From an uncultured Desulfospira sp. (GTDB taxonomy: Bacteria > Desulfobacterota > Desulfobacteria > Desulfobacterales > Desulfobacteraceae): a stretch of 64,000 nucleotides of DNA. Position 1 is the stretch's first letter. Every line of letters begins with the position of its first letter. This document shows, piece after piece, positions 49,182 through 58,132 of this stretch. The stretch is from positions 672,001-736,000 of the forward strand of contig OY760175.1 of the NCBI GenBank assembly GCA_963663165.1. The letters run 5' to 3'. The position numbers were made by a program, and so were the translations under genes. The notes under the pieces were generated by a model that worked only from the letters and a program-made list of their open reading frames with translations, searched no databases and was not told the origin of the DNA.

Positions 49182-50699
49182 TTAATAATATGGTCCCTGA
49201 GTACGCATTCTCAACCTGAAAGCCGAAAGGTCCCTTGAGGTAACCGTACCATCACTGTTCATATCACAATCGGGATTGTAACCCTCATCGCCTTCACTTT
49301 GGCGGTATGATGTTCGAAATGTTGAAAGGTCCCTGGAAGTAACACTGCCATCATTGTTAAAATCCGCATCCGCCGCATTGCCATACATATCATGATCAGT
49401 ATCAGTCTGATCGGCGTTGGCTGTCTCAGGTGCATTATCAATGGCGTCAGGGACACCGTCTGCATCGTTGTCCTCGTCACGGGTTATGGCTGTCACTATA
49501 TCCGGGCCGCCGGTGCTCCAGCCATAATCCTGGTCCACAAAAAGCCGGTTGGCCGTGGGGGTTGACTCGGTGGGGTCGGTATAGCCGTTATCGGTGGCGT
49601 CATCAATAAAAGATTCACCATCGTATGCCAGGGCCTTTTGCCAGTTCCAGCCTGAGGTCGGATTGGTTTTGGCAAGATAGATGAGATCCTCCTGGGAATA
49701 GCCCTCGTCTGGCAGGTCGTTTCCATCGTTGGCAATCATTACAACAAAGCCGGTATCAATGTCATTTTCAACGTCAAATCCACCGTTAATGGTAATGTAA
49801 ACATTGCCTTCCGGATCGCATTCAAAGTCATTGGGGGCGGTGTAATAGGTGGTGCCATCGTCATCAACAAAGGTCGGCAAGGCAATGGTTTCGTCGGCCA
49901 GTGCCGGTGTCAGCACCGAGCCGTTAGAAATTGCCGCACTGATGGTATCGGCTTTGTACATGTAGACGTATTGCTGATCGGCCGGACCGGAACTGGTGTA
50001 ACTGCCGCACCACAGATTTCCAGCGTTGTCAAATGCCATGCCGTTAGAGTATCCGCCGATTTCCACCACCTTCTGCCATGCGCCGTTGGCACGGATAAAA
50101 ATAGCGTGGGGGTCGCTCCAGTAGTTGGCTTCCTTACCAACGAAAAAGGCGGTTCCGGACTGGTCACCGGCAGTGGGCCAGTCTACTTCCCAGGCCCCGG
50201 GCAGCACAAATTCTTCGGTGGCCGTCCCAAAGGTCATGGTATCCAGGTTCGCCGATACGGTATAATATGATCCGCTGTCAGATGTATCTTTGGTATCGGA
50301 AAGCCATATGGTGTCACCGGCCGGGTTGAGCTTTGCTGTACCCGAGTAAACCCCTAATCCCGGGGCAACCTCTGCCACCTCCTGGACCAGGTTGCCGAGT
50401 TGGTCGTAAAGCATGGCTTTGACCGTTCCGGTATAGTCGCTCCAGTTCATGGTATCCTCAGCCTTGAGAAAACACCTGGTTTTGGCTGCTGCAGTACCTT
50501 CAGCCACCTGGGCATAGACCACATCCATGCCCCCGGAGTAATTTCGGGCGGTGTCTTCCATTGTTGCATCCTGGACTGCATAACCATCCTCACCCGCCAT
50601 GCGTTCCGAGGTTGCCCAGCAGGGCACTGTAATAAAGCTCATGATAAAAAGTAATGCTGAAACGGATAGCATCAGTTTTATTAAGTTTGTTTTGTTCAT
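49182..50699 (-). CDS. Secreted beta-propeller-like protein with a TSP3-like repeat and a C-terminal dockerin
   Basis: ATG 50699 after AAGGAG; signal peptide; GGYSNGMAFDNAGNLW and PNDFECDPEGNVYI blade motifs; DNDADGVPDAIDNAP...NADQTDTDHD; DFNNDGSVTSRDL / DMNSDGTVTSRDL duplicated Ca-loop-helix. Confidence 0.8.
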   Translation of the reverse strand: MNKTNLIKLMLSVSALLFIMSFITVPCWATSERMAGEDGYAVQDATMEDTARNYSGGMDVVYAQVAEGTAAAKTRCFLKAEDTMNWSDYTGTVKAMLYDQLGNLVQEVAEVAPGLGVYSGTAKLNPAGDTIWLSDTKDTSDSGSYYTVSANLDTMTFGTATEEFVLPGAWEVDWPTAGDQSGTAFFVGKEANYWSDPHAIFIRANGAWQKVVEIGGYSNGMAFDNAGNLWCGSYTSSGPADQQYVYMYKADTISAAISNGSVLTPALADETIALPTFVDDDGTTYYTAPNDFECDPEGNVYITINGGFDVENDIDTGFVVMIANDGNDLPDEGYSQEDLIYLAKTNPTSGWNWQKALAYDGESFIDDATDNGYTDPTESTPTANRLFVDQDYGWSTGGPDIVTAITRDEDNDADGVPDAIDNAPETANADQTDTDHDMYGNAADADFNNDGSVTSRDLSTFRTSYRQSEGDEGYNPDCDMNSDGTVTSRDLSAFRLRMRTQGPYY

Positions 50700-50996
50700 C
50701 TTATTAAATCTCCTTATTGAATTATTTTGATTTATCAGCCAGATATTCCTGATGATCACCTCCTTATTTTCCTAATTATTTCTCAGCAGGTTCGTTGCTG
50801 GTTATCCGTCGGATTGAAAATGTCTTAAAAAGCGGTGGTAATTTAGAAAGCACCCCCAACCCGGTCTTTTCCCATTAGACGTCATATATAACGAAGGGAA
50901 AAGAAATACTCGTAATATATTGTCGGAATTTGGTAAATTTTTGTCCATTGGACGGCCGTTTGGATAAGCGGTATTTGTTGTTTCTGAATTAACAGG

Positions 50997-51842
50997 TCAC
51001 TGTGACACCCGGCGGCCCTTTCGGTCACTGATTTTTACCTGATTCCGGTAATGGGACGGCAGCATGCCTTCGGATTTATGGAATACCTTTGAAAAATAGG
51101 ACAGATCATTGAATCCCACATGAAAACAGATATCGGTCACGTTCAAATCCGGATTGTTCATCAGGGCCTTGGCCGCTTCCATCCGCCTGGCGTTCAGGTA
51201 GTTTGAAAAGGAAATTCCCATGGTGGATTTAAAGATTCTGGAAAAATACCATTTGCTCATGTGGCACTGTCTGGCCAGATCCTCTATGCCAATGGGTTTT
51301 CTGTAATGTTTATCAATAAATGCCAGGGCGATTTCCAAACTGCGGACCGGATCATTGTCCTGGCCCGGGTCCTGCCCATTGTCCGGAAAACGAATGGCTG
51401 CCGTTAAATGCCGGCCGGTTGAGTCTGACGACGCTTTCCAGAGCCATTGTACCGAAGACAGGGCGGTTTTATAGAAAAAGTTCTGGATAAAGGGATACCG
51501 GTGAATCATGGTTTTAAAATCGTTGATATGCTGAAAGAAAAATACCCCGGGCCGGTTGGCCTTCAGGCAGGTTATGGCAGACCCGCTGATAAAATAATCT
51601 GTGGCACCAAAAAATTCGGCCGCGCCAATGGTTTTAATGGATTCATCGCCATTGGCCGTTTTGATCATGTGATCGGCTGCCCCTGAACTGAGCAGCCCCA
51701 CTGTTTTAATATCCCGGCCCTGATCCTGAAGAATCTGGCCATGTTTGAAGCTGCGGCGGTAAAAGGTTGAACTGATGTTTTCAAGGCTGTGGTTATCTAG
51801 AGCATCAAAACCCGGAATCTGTTTTAAAAGATTTCGTATCAT
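50997..51842 (-). CDS. cNMP-binding-like domain + AraC-family transcriptional regulator (copy 2)
   Basis: ATG 51842 after GAGGAG; LLKQIPGFDALD...FKHGQILQDQG...GAAEFFGA; MSKWYFSRIF...RMEAAKALM...VGFNDLSYFSKVF...PSHYR. Confidence 0.88.
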   Translation of the reverse strand: MIRNLLKQIPGFDALDNHSLENISSTFYRRSFKHGQILQDQGRDIKTVGLLSSGAADHMIKTANGDESIKTIGAAEFFGATDYFISGSAITCLKANRPGVFFFQHINDFKTMIHRYPFIQNFFYKTALSSVQWLWKASSDSTGRHLTAAIRFPDNGQDPGQDNDPVRSLEIALAFIDKHYRKPIGIEDLARQCHMSKWYFSRIFKSTMGISFSNYLNARRMEAAKALMNNPDLNVTDICFHVGFNDLSYFSKVFHKSEGMLPSHYRNQVKISDRKGRRVSQ

Positions 51843-51955
51843 TGTTTTTCTCCTCAAAAGGCCCAATCCGAAAGCGATTGCCTCCTTAGGTTGTTCCTTT
51901 CTCTTCAAAATAGATTGAAGTCCGGCCCGAATCCTCGAGGCCGCCCTTAACTTCT

Positions 51956-52163
51956 AAACCGGGCCAGGTCTTCTGACTTTCAGATCAAGCAAATGGCCGC
52001 GTCTTCCCACCTTTAAGGGACACCTTGTGCCTGCCAGCCTTGATGCAGGCAAAGGCCCCTTTAGGGCAGTGACATGTTGCGGTTTTCTTCTCTGATTACA
52101 GCGGCGGGCCCGTTTCCGATTTTCACGGAATTCCCATTTAACCCATGGCAGGGGGCCCGGTTT
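51956..52163 (-). ncRNA. Cobalamin riboswitch (with an extra inserted stem)
   Basis: Reverse complement: aaaccggg...taaatgggaattccgtgaaaatcggaaacgggcccgccgctgtaa...gtcactg...gtgggaagacg...aagtcagaagacctggcccggttt. Confidence 0.9.
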
Positions 52164-52273
52164 TTATTATTTACAAGTTGTTAAAAACTCCTTGGTTCAT
52201 GGCTTGTTTTCCAACAAAAAAATTTGTATTTGTGTTCATCTGCCCACGTGGGCATTTTTTAAGCCTCAGGCCA

Positions 52274-52573
52274 TTAATCATCGTTGTCCTCAGAAGCGTC
52301 ATCATCGCTGTCGCTGCTGTCCTCATCGGAAATGTCATCCAGGTAATTCTCATATATGGCCCGGGCTGCCGTACCGGAAAGCTCTAAAGGCGGCGTGTCA
52401 GCGGGCAGGCCTTCGGGATGAACCGCCTGGGTTTTGATCATGGCCTCAAAGGAGCGGCCGTGATCCGGGGAAAGGGCCTCAGTGGCGCACCCGCCCAACA
52501 GGGCCGTTGAGCCTGTAATGAAAAAAATCAGGGCAATGGTGATCAGGTCAGCGTAAAAGAATCTTTTTTTCAT
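52274..52573 (-). CDS. Small Tad-associated lipoprotein
   Basis: Lipobox LGGC; GRSFEAM...Q...P...G.AA..IYENY pattern; overlaps the tadD stop; acidic tail. Confidence 0.65.
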   Translation of the reverse strand: MKKRFFYADLITIALIFFITGSTALLGGCATEALSPDHGRSFEAMIKTQAVHPEGLPADTPPLELSGTAARAIYENYLDDISDEDSSDSDDDASEDNDD

Positions 52574-53511
52574 GGCTGGTTCTCCAGGGCAGGGCAGGGG
52601 GTTGGATTTGGCACTTCCCGGCTGTCAGTACCGGCCGGATCTTTTATTTTATAGGCGATGGCCGCGGCCTTTTTCCGGTTTTCCATGGCCAGGGCAAAAT
52701 CAGGGTCGGCCTTGACGGCTTTGTCATACATGGAAAGGGCCTGATCAATATGGTTGTTGATGTGATACACATAGCCCTGATTGTTATAGGCCACAGCCTC
52801 GCTGTTGGTGGCTTTAAATGCGGCCAGGGCCTTTTGCTCATTTCCGGCCATGCCGTAGGCAATGCCCAGATTATTGATGGCACGGGCATATCGGGGATCA
52901 ATGGCAATGCTTTTCTTAAAATACCCGATGGCTTCTTCAGGCTGCCCGTTCATGAGGCAGGACACGCCAAAGTTGTTGTAAAAGGCGGCCACGCCCGGAT
53001 CAATCTCAATGGCTCTGGCATAACAGACCCTGGCCTCATCATGGCGGCCCATGGCATCATAGGTCACCCCTAACCCCCCGTGGGCATAGGAAAACCCGGG
53101 GTCTGTTTTCAGGGCCGATTCAAACTGCCGGACCGCCTTGGGGTATTCTTTTTTGCCCCGGTAGCAGACCCCTTTTAAGTAGCAGATTTCCGGGTTATGG
53201 GGATCGGTTTTTTCGGCTTCGTTTAACTGTCCTATGGCCACTTCATAATACTTGTCATGGGTCAGCTGCCGGGCCAGCCCCAGGTAATTGGGAGCCTGGT
53301 TTTTTTCTTTTTTATAGGTCATTTCCTGGAGGGCGGCCTTATCTTCAATGGCCTGTTTTTTCAGTTCATCGCCAATGGTGTCCCGGCCCCCTGAAAAGTA
53401 AGAGGTGCAGGCGGACAACACCAGACAGGCGAGGACCAGGATAAGTTTACCCGGATTTTTTACCAGTGACGTGAATCTGATCCCTGGCCGGGTTGGGTTT
53501 TTTATGTTCAT
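52570..53511 (-). CDS. tadD: TadD-like TPR lipoprotein (pilotin)
   Basis: Lipobox LSAC, multiple TPR repeats, position after tadC; start uncertain (53511 or 53526). Confidence 0.8.
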   Translation of the reverse strand: MNIKNPTRPGIRFTSLVKNPGKLILVLACLVLSACTSYFSGGRDTIGDELKKQAIEDKAALQEMTYKKEKNQAPNYLGLARQLTHDKYYEVAIGQLNEAEKTDPHNPEICYLKGVCYRGKKEYPKAVRQFESALKTDPGFSYAHGGLGVTYDAMGRHDEARVCYARAIEIDPGVAAFYNNFGVSCLMNGQPEEAIGYFKKSIAIDPRYARAINNLGIAYGMAGNEQKALAAFKATNSEAVAYNNQGYVYHINNHIDQALSMYDKAVKADPDFALAMENRKKAAAIAYKIKDPAGTDSREVPNPTPCPALENQP

Positions 53512-53541
53512 TTGACGTTCCAACAATGTTGTATCCTTTTT

Positions 53542-53633
53542 TATAAGAAAGTATCCCTAACGTCCTGAGAAGACTTTCAATATTTGTTGTGGGCGGTTCT
53601 TGGTTGGATAACCAAGACGGCCCGTGGCCGTTA
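53542..53633 (-). repeat. Repeat family B, copy inside the tad operon
   Basis: tataagaaag...tatttgttgtgggcggttcttggttggataaccaagacggcccgtggccgtta; begins at the tadC TAA stop. Confidence 0.9.
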
Positions 53634-54545
53634 GTTGATCAATGCGTCCATTAACCGGAGGACCGCAGGACCTAAAATAACGATCATCAGGGACGGCAGT
53701 ACCAGGAACACCAGGGGCAAGGTCAGCTTCACCGCAATTTTAGCCCCTTTTTCCTCGGCAATCTGATGGCGCTCGGTCCGCATGGATTCCGAGTGAATCC
53801 TTAAGGCCCCGGCAATGTCCGTTCCAAACTTTAAAGACTGAAGCACCACCTCCACAAAGGCGTCCAGCCCAGGAGAGTTATTTCTTCGTTTGATATTGCC
53901 CAGGGCCGTGGTCCGGGCCACGCCGCCCCTTGTCTCATAAAAATACTGGGCAAATTCACGGCTTAAAATCGGGGCCACCTGTCTGAGTTCTTTGCTCACC
54001 CTGAGCAGGGCCACCTCAAAGCCTAAACCGGCCTCAATGCACAGCACCATCAGATCCAGGGTATCGGGCAGTTCTCTGAAAATATTTTTTTTCCGTTTTT
54101 TGACCTTTTTTTTCAATACCACCGGCAGCAGGCTGTAAGATACGCTGATGGCAGCAAAGGCCATGGTAATGGAGACCAGGGTGATATTTTCCATCAGGGC
54201 AACGCATAAAAGGGCAAGGGCCAGAACCGTGCCAAAAAGAATCATCCGGATGCCGCAGAACAATTCTAAGGCATGGGCATGCCGGTACCCGGCGCAGGCC
54301 AGGTCCTTTTTTAAGCGGATCTTGTCTTCCCCCTTGGGCAAGGTCTTTTCCCCAATAATCTTAACCCACCGACCCATCCGGCTCATGGACCGGTTCACTT
54401 TTGAGTCAGGGGATTTGCGCTTAAGCCGTTGCCGTATGACCCGGGTCTTTCGGGAATCCTTAACCAGAACCCCAAAGCACAGGCAGACAATGACTAGGGC
54501 CGCAACATTGATGAGAAAGCTGATATCCGTCATAAGCTTAAACAT
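53631..54545 (-). CDS. tadC: Tad pilus assembly protein TadC
   Basis: ELPDTLDLMVLCIEAGLGF, FGTDIAGALR, AEEKGAK..VKLTLPLV. Confidence 0.9.
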   Translation of the reverse strand: MFKLMTDISFLINVAALVIVCLCFGVLVKDSRKTRVIRQRLKRKSPDSKVNRSMSRMGRWVKIIGEKTLPKGEDKIRLKKDLACAGYRHAHALELFCGIRMILFGTVLALALLCVALMENITLVSITMAFAAISVSYSLLPVVLKKKVKKRKKNIFRELPDTLDLMVLCIEAGLGFEVALLRVSKELRQVAPILSREFAQYFYETRGGVARTTALGNIKRRNNSPGLDAFVEVVLQSLKFGTDIAGALRIHSESMRTERHQIAEEKGAKIAVKLTLPLVFLVLPSLMIVILGPAVLRLMDALIN

Positions 54546-55494
54546 CCACCTTTGTTAACAGCCGCATCACTAAAAATCCCGTTACATTAAGGACCAGGGC
54601 CGTGATCAGTAAATGCTGCCCCTTGGGGTCATGAAGCAAAATCGACATATATCCCGGGTTGACCAGGTAAATGGCGCCGGAAAAGCCAAAGGGCGCCAAT
54701 CCCAAAAGAAACATGGACAGCCTGCCTTCTGCTGTTATGGCCCGGATCTGCCGGCCTAACTTGAACCGGGAACGCAGGGTGTGGCTTAAGGATTCAAGGA
54801 TCTGGGTTAAATTGCCGCCGGTTTCCTTCTGGATAATAAAAGAGGTGCATAAAAATTTAATTTCCGGAATTTTAGGAAACCGTTTTTCAAAATTTCTTAA
54901 GGCCTGGGCAAAGGCAAGCCCCATGGACAGCTCATCATAAACCAGGCGGATCTCCGTGCTGATGGGCGGCGCCATATTGGTTGAAACCCCGTAAAGGGCC
55001 CGGTCCAGGGACTGCCCGGATTTTAAGGCCCGGACAATAAAATCCATGGTATTGGGCAGCTGGCTGACCATGAGCTGGTTTCGTTTTCTTTTTTTGTGGG
55101 CCACCACCAGAACGGGCAGGGCAAAGCCTGCCACGGCCATGATAACAAACATCAAAAAAGAGCGGGTCATCAGAAAGCCCGCAAGGGAGAAGCCCGCGCC
55201 AAGACCCGATGAAATCAGTAAAAAGGCGTCCAAAGACAGGGCAAGGCCGCTTTGGGCCAACATATCCCCAAGCGTTGATACATCCATTACATGAGAAATC
55301 AGGCGCTCCAGCATGCCGATTTTTCGCTGCCGCTTAAGTTCCAGGCGGCGGATCTGTTTTAAGCTTGGGGCTGTGGCGGCCCGCCGGAGCATGGCCTGCT
55401 TTTTGACGGCCTTTTGATCCAGATAAATATAGTAGCCCCCCATGCACAACAGCCAGACACAGACAAATACCAGAAATGGAATCACATAGGCCAT
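54538..55494 (-). CDS. tadB: Tad pilus assembly protein TadB
   Basis: QLPNTMDFIVRALKSG, IQKETGGNL, RAITAEGRLS. Confidence 0.92.
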   Translation of the reverse strand: MAYVIPFLVFVCVWLLCMGGYYIYLDQKAVKKQAMLRRAATAPSLKQIRRLELKRQRKIGMLERLISHVMDVSTLGDMLAQSGLALSLDAFLLISSGLGAGFSLAGFLMTRSFLMFVIMAVAGFALPVLVVAHKKRKRNQLMVSQLPNTMDFIVRALKSGQSLDRALYGVSTNMAPPISTEIRLVYDELSMGLAFAQALRNFEKRFPKIPEIKFLCTSFIIQKETGGNLTQILESLSHTLRSRFKLGRQIRAITAEGRLSMFLLGLAPFGFSGAIYLVNPGYMSILLHDPKGQHLLITALVLNVTGFLVMRLLTKVDV

Positions 55495-55497
55495 GGG

Positions 55498-56850
55498 TCA
55501 CCGTCCTGCCGGAATGCAAAAGTTAAACATCTCTTTATCCAGGCGATGGCCGGAACGCCTCAAATGGTCCACAAACCGGGACGGGGTGCCCGTGCTTTTA
55601 AAGCAGCCGTAAATGGTCCCGTCCTCATGAATCCCTTCCTGCTCAAAAACAAAAATATCCTGGAGCTTGATCTGGTTGTTTTCCACGCCCATAACTTCGG
55701 ACAGAGAGATAAATTTACGGGTCCCGTCGGGCAGGCGGGTTAAGTGGACAATCAGATGGATGGCGCTGGCCATGAGTGAGCGCAGGGCATTTTCTGAAAT
55801 GGCCAGGGTGCCCATGCCCACCATGACCTCAAGGCGTGACAGGGCATCTCTGGCCGAATTGGCATGGATGGTGGAAATGGATCCGGGATGGCCTGTGTTC
55901 ATGGCCTGGAGCATGTCCATGGCCTCGGCCCCCCTGACCTCGCCCACAATGATCCGGTCCGGCCGCATCCTCAAGGAGTTGATGACCAGATCCCTTAAAG
56001 AGACCTCGCCTCTGCCCTCTATATTGGCCGGCCGTGATTCAAGCCTGGTCACCTGGGGCTGCTGAAGCTGTAGCTCGGCACTGTCTTCAATGGTGATGAT
56101 TCGTTCGGACTTGGGGATAAAGGTGGACATGGCATTTAAAAAAGTGGTTTTCCCGCTGCCGGTGCCGCCGGAGATCAGGATATTGAGCTTGGTCTGAATG
56201 GCCTTGGAAATAAATTCCACGATCTGGGGAACAATACTGGTGCCGGACAGCAAATCTTTCAAGGTGATGGGCGTGTAACCGAATTTTCGAATGGACAGCT
56301 GGGGCCCGTCAATGGCCAGGGGCGGAATCACCGCATTTACCCTGGAACCGTCGGGAAGCCTGGCATCCACCATGGGGCTTGATTCATCAATCCGCCGGCC
56401 CACGGTGGAGACAATCCGGTCAATAATCTGCATTAGGTGTTCATTGTCCCGGAATTTGATGGCCGTGGGATAAAGGATGCCTTTTTTTTCCACCACCACC
56501 TGGTTGTGGGTGTTCACCAGGATATCCTGGATGGTGTCGTCTTTCAGCAGCGGTTCAATGGGGCCCAACCCTAAAATCTCATCCACCACGTCGGAGACCA
56601 GGGTGTCCAGTTCTTTTCGGTTCAACGGAATGTTTTCAGCGGCGGACACATCAATGGCGACCTCCCTGATCCACTCCCGTAAGGTGTTTTCAGGAATGTC
56701 CTCAATGGTGGAAAAATCAATCACATCAATGAGCCGGGAATGGACCCGGGTCTTGATGGTATGATAGGCTGTAAAATCCAGATTGACCGACGCGGTGAGC
56801 GCCTGGCTCCCGGATGATTGGACCATTCCAAATTTATCAGCTAATTTCAT
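55498..56850 (-). CDS. cpaF: Tad pilus assembly ATPase CpaF/TadA
   Basis: [60 protein letters not shown]. Confidence 0.96.
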   Translation of the reverse strand: MKLADKFGMVQSSGSQALTASVNLDFTAYHTIKTRVHSRLIDVIDFSTIEDIPENTLREWIREVAIDVSAAENIPLNRKELDTLVSDVVDEILGLGPIEPLLKDDTIQDILVNTHNQVVVEKKGILYPTAIKFRDNEHLMQIIDRIVSTVGRRIDESSPMVDARLPDGSRVNAVIPPLAIDGPQLSIRKFGYTPITLKDLLSGTSIVPQIVEFISKAIQTKLNILISGGTGSGKTTFLNAMSTFIPKSERIITIEDSAELQLQQPQVTRLESRPANIEGRGEVSLRDLVINSLRMRPDRIIVGEVRGAEAMDMLQAMNTGHPGSISTIHANSARDALSRLEVMVGMGTLAISENALRSLMASAIHLIVHLTRLPDGTRKFISLSEVMGVENNQIKLQDIFVFEQEGIHEDGTIYGCFKSTGTPSRFVDHLRRSGHRLDKEMFNFCIPAGR

Positions 56851-56870
56851 TTTAAAAAAATCCCTAATTT

Positions 56871-56950
56871 TTTAGCATTTAGCTATTAGCCGTTAGCGGT
56901 TAGCCGGCAGAACTTTCCCTTATAGGCTAACAGCTAAAAGCTAATAGCTC
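56871..56950. repeat. Family C heptamer inverted repeat inside the tad operon
   Basis: tttagcatttagctattagccgttagcggttagcc...ggctaacagctaaaagctaatagct. Confidence 0.8.
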
Positions 56951-56952
56951 TT

Positions 56953-58116
56953 TCAAACAAACCATCCCTTTATCCGCTGTAATACACCCTGTTCTTCGAT
57001 TTCCGGTTCTATGCCCACAAGCTTGCAGGCTAAGGCCTTAATGTCCTTGTTGGCCGGCGACTCATTATGGTCTGCCGATAAAATCCGGCCCTTGTTGATG
57101 GCATCGGTCACGGCATGAAAATCATTGGCAATAACGGCCAGGGCCTTTTGCTCAAAGAGATTTTCAATCTCAGCAAGGGTAATATCGTTGTTCTTTTCAT
57201 ACCGGTTTAAGATAACGGCAAGCTTTTGTGTTTCATATCCAACGCCCCTGAACAGGTCCAGGGTTTCCCTGACCGATCTTAGGGCCGGTACGGTCTGCTG
57301 GGTGACCAGCAGCACCTGGCGGGACAGGTCCATGACCGGGGCGGTCAGATCCGAGAGTTCATGGGGCACATCCACGATGATATAATCCATGTTTTCTTTT
57401 AGAATCTGGAACATCCGGCCAATATCCTCAGCCGTAATCCGGATGGATTTCTCCACTTCTCCCGGTGCCGGCAGCACATAAGGCCCGAAAGGGGACCGGA
57501 CAATGGAAGAAAACAGCAGGTTTTCATCCAGCCGTGGCAGGTCCCTGAGCAGGTCGGTCACCGTATAGGGGTTGTCCACATCCATAAACAGGGCCACATC
57601 CCCGGATTGAAGTTTAAGGTCCACCAAAAGCACTTTTTGCCCGGTCAGGGCCTCAAGGTGGCAGGCCAGGTTGACCGCCAGGGTGGTCACCCCCTGTCCG
57701 CCCTTGTTGCTGGACAGCACAAAGATGTCCCCTTCTTTTTGCCGTTTGGCCTCCTTATCCAGAAGGGCTTTAACCGAATCCCCCGGCTCATCCTGATCCA
57801 GGGGCAACAGGATGTAGTCACAGGCCCCGGCCTTTAAGGAATTTAAAATCAGATCCGGATCTTTGGCATCACTGAGCATGATCACCCGGGTGGCGGGCAT
57901 AAACCGGTCCACCCGCTGGGCAAGCTCAAAACAAGCCTCCGGGTCTTTGCGGACATCCAGGAACAGCACCTTAGGGGCGGCGTCCTTAATCCGGTTATAG
58001 GGGGACGGGGTAATGGCCATGGGCTCCACCTGTGCCATGGACGCCAGCCGGATCTGGACCTCCCGTGACAGAAGGGAATCACTGCTGATGATCATTGATA
58101 ATATTTTATCCGCCAT
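56953..58116 (-). CDS. cpaE: Tad pilus localisation protein CpaE/TadZ (REC-like + MinD-like ATPase)
   Basis: Likely ATG 58116; atypical receiver domain, SNKGGQGVTTLAVNLA, VDLKLQSGD, LNRY. Confidence 0.9.
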   Translation of the reverse strand: MADKILSMIISSDSLLSREVQIRLASMAQVEPMAITPSPYNRIKDAAPKVLFLDVRKDPEACFELAQRVDRFMPATRVIMLSDAKDPDLILNSLKAGACDYILLPLDQDEPGDSVKALLDKEAKRQKEGDIFVLSSNKGGQGVTTLAVNLACHLEALTGQKVLLVDLKLQSGDVALFMDVDNPYTVTDLLRDLPRLDENLLFSSIVRSPFGPYVLPAPGEVEKSIRITAEDIGRMFQILKENMDYIIVDVPHELSDLTAPVMDLSRQVLLVTQQTVPALRSVRETLDLFRGVGYETQKLAVILNRYEKNNDITLAEIENLFEQKALAVIANDFHAVTDAINKGRILSADHNESPANKDIKALACKLVGIEPEIEEQGVLQRIKGWFV

Positions 58117-58132
58117 GTGGTTATGCCTCCCC

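Noticed and set aside
53542..53633. Family B repeat as an integron attC site (TAAC...GTTAG ends, starts at a stop codon)
   Set aside because: End-to-end pairing is poor beyond ~5-8 bp, the flanking genes are operonic rather than cassettes, and no IntI-type integrase is recognisable in the window.
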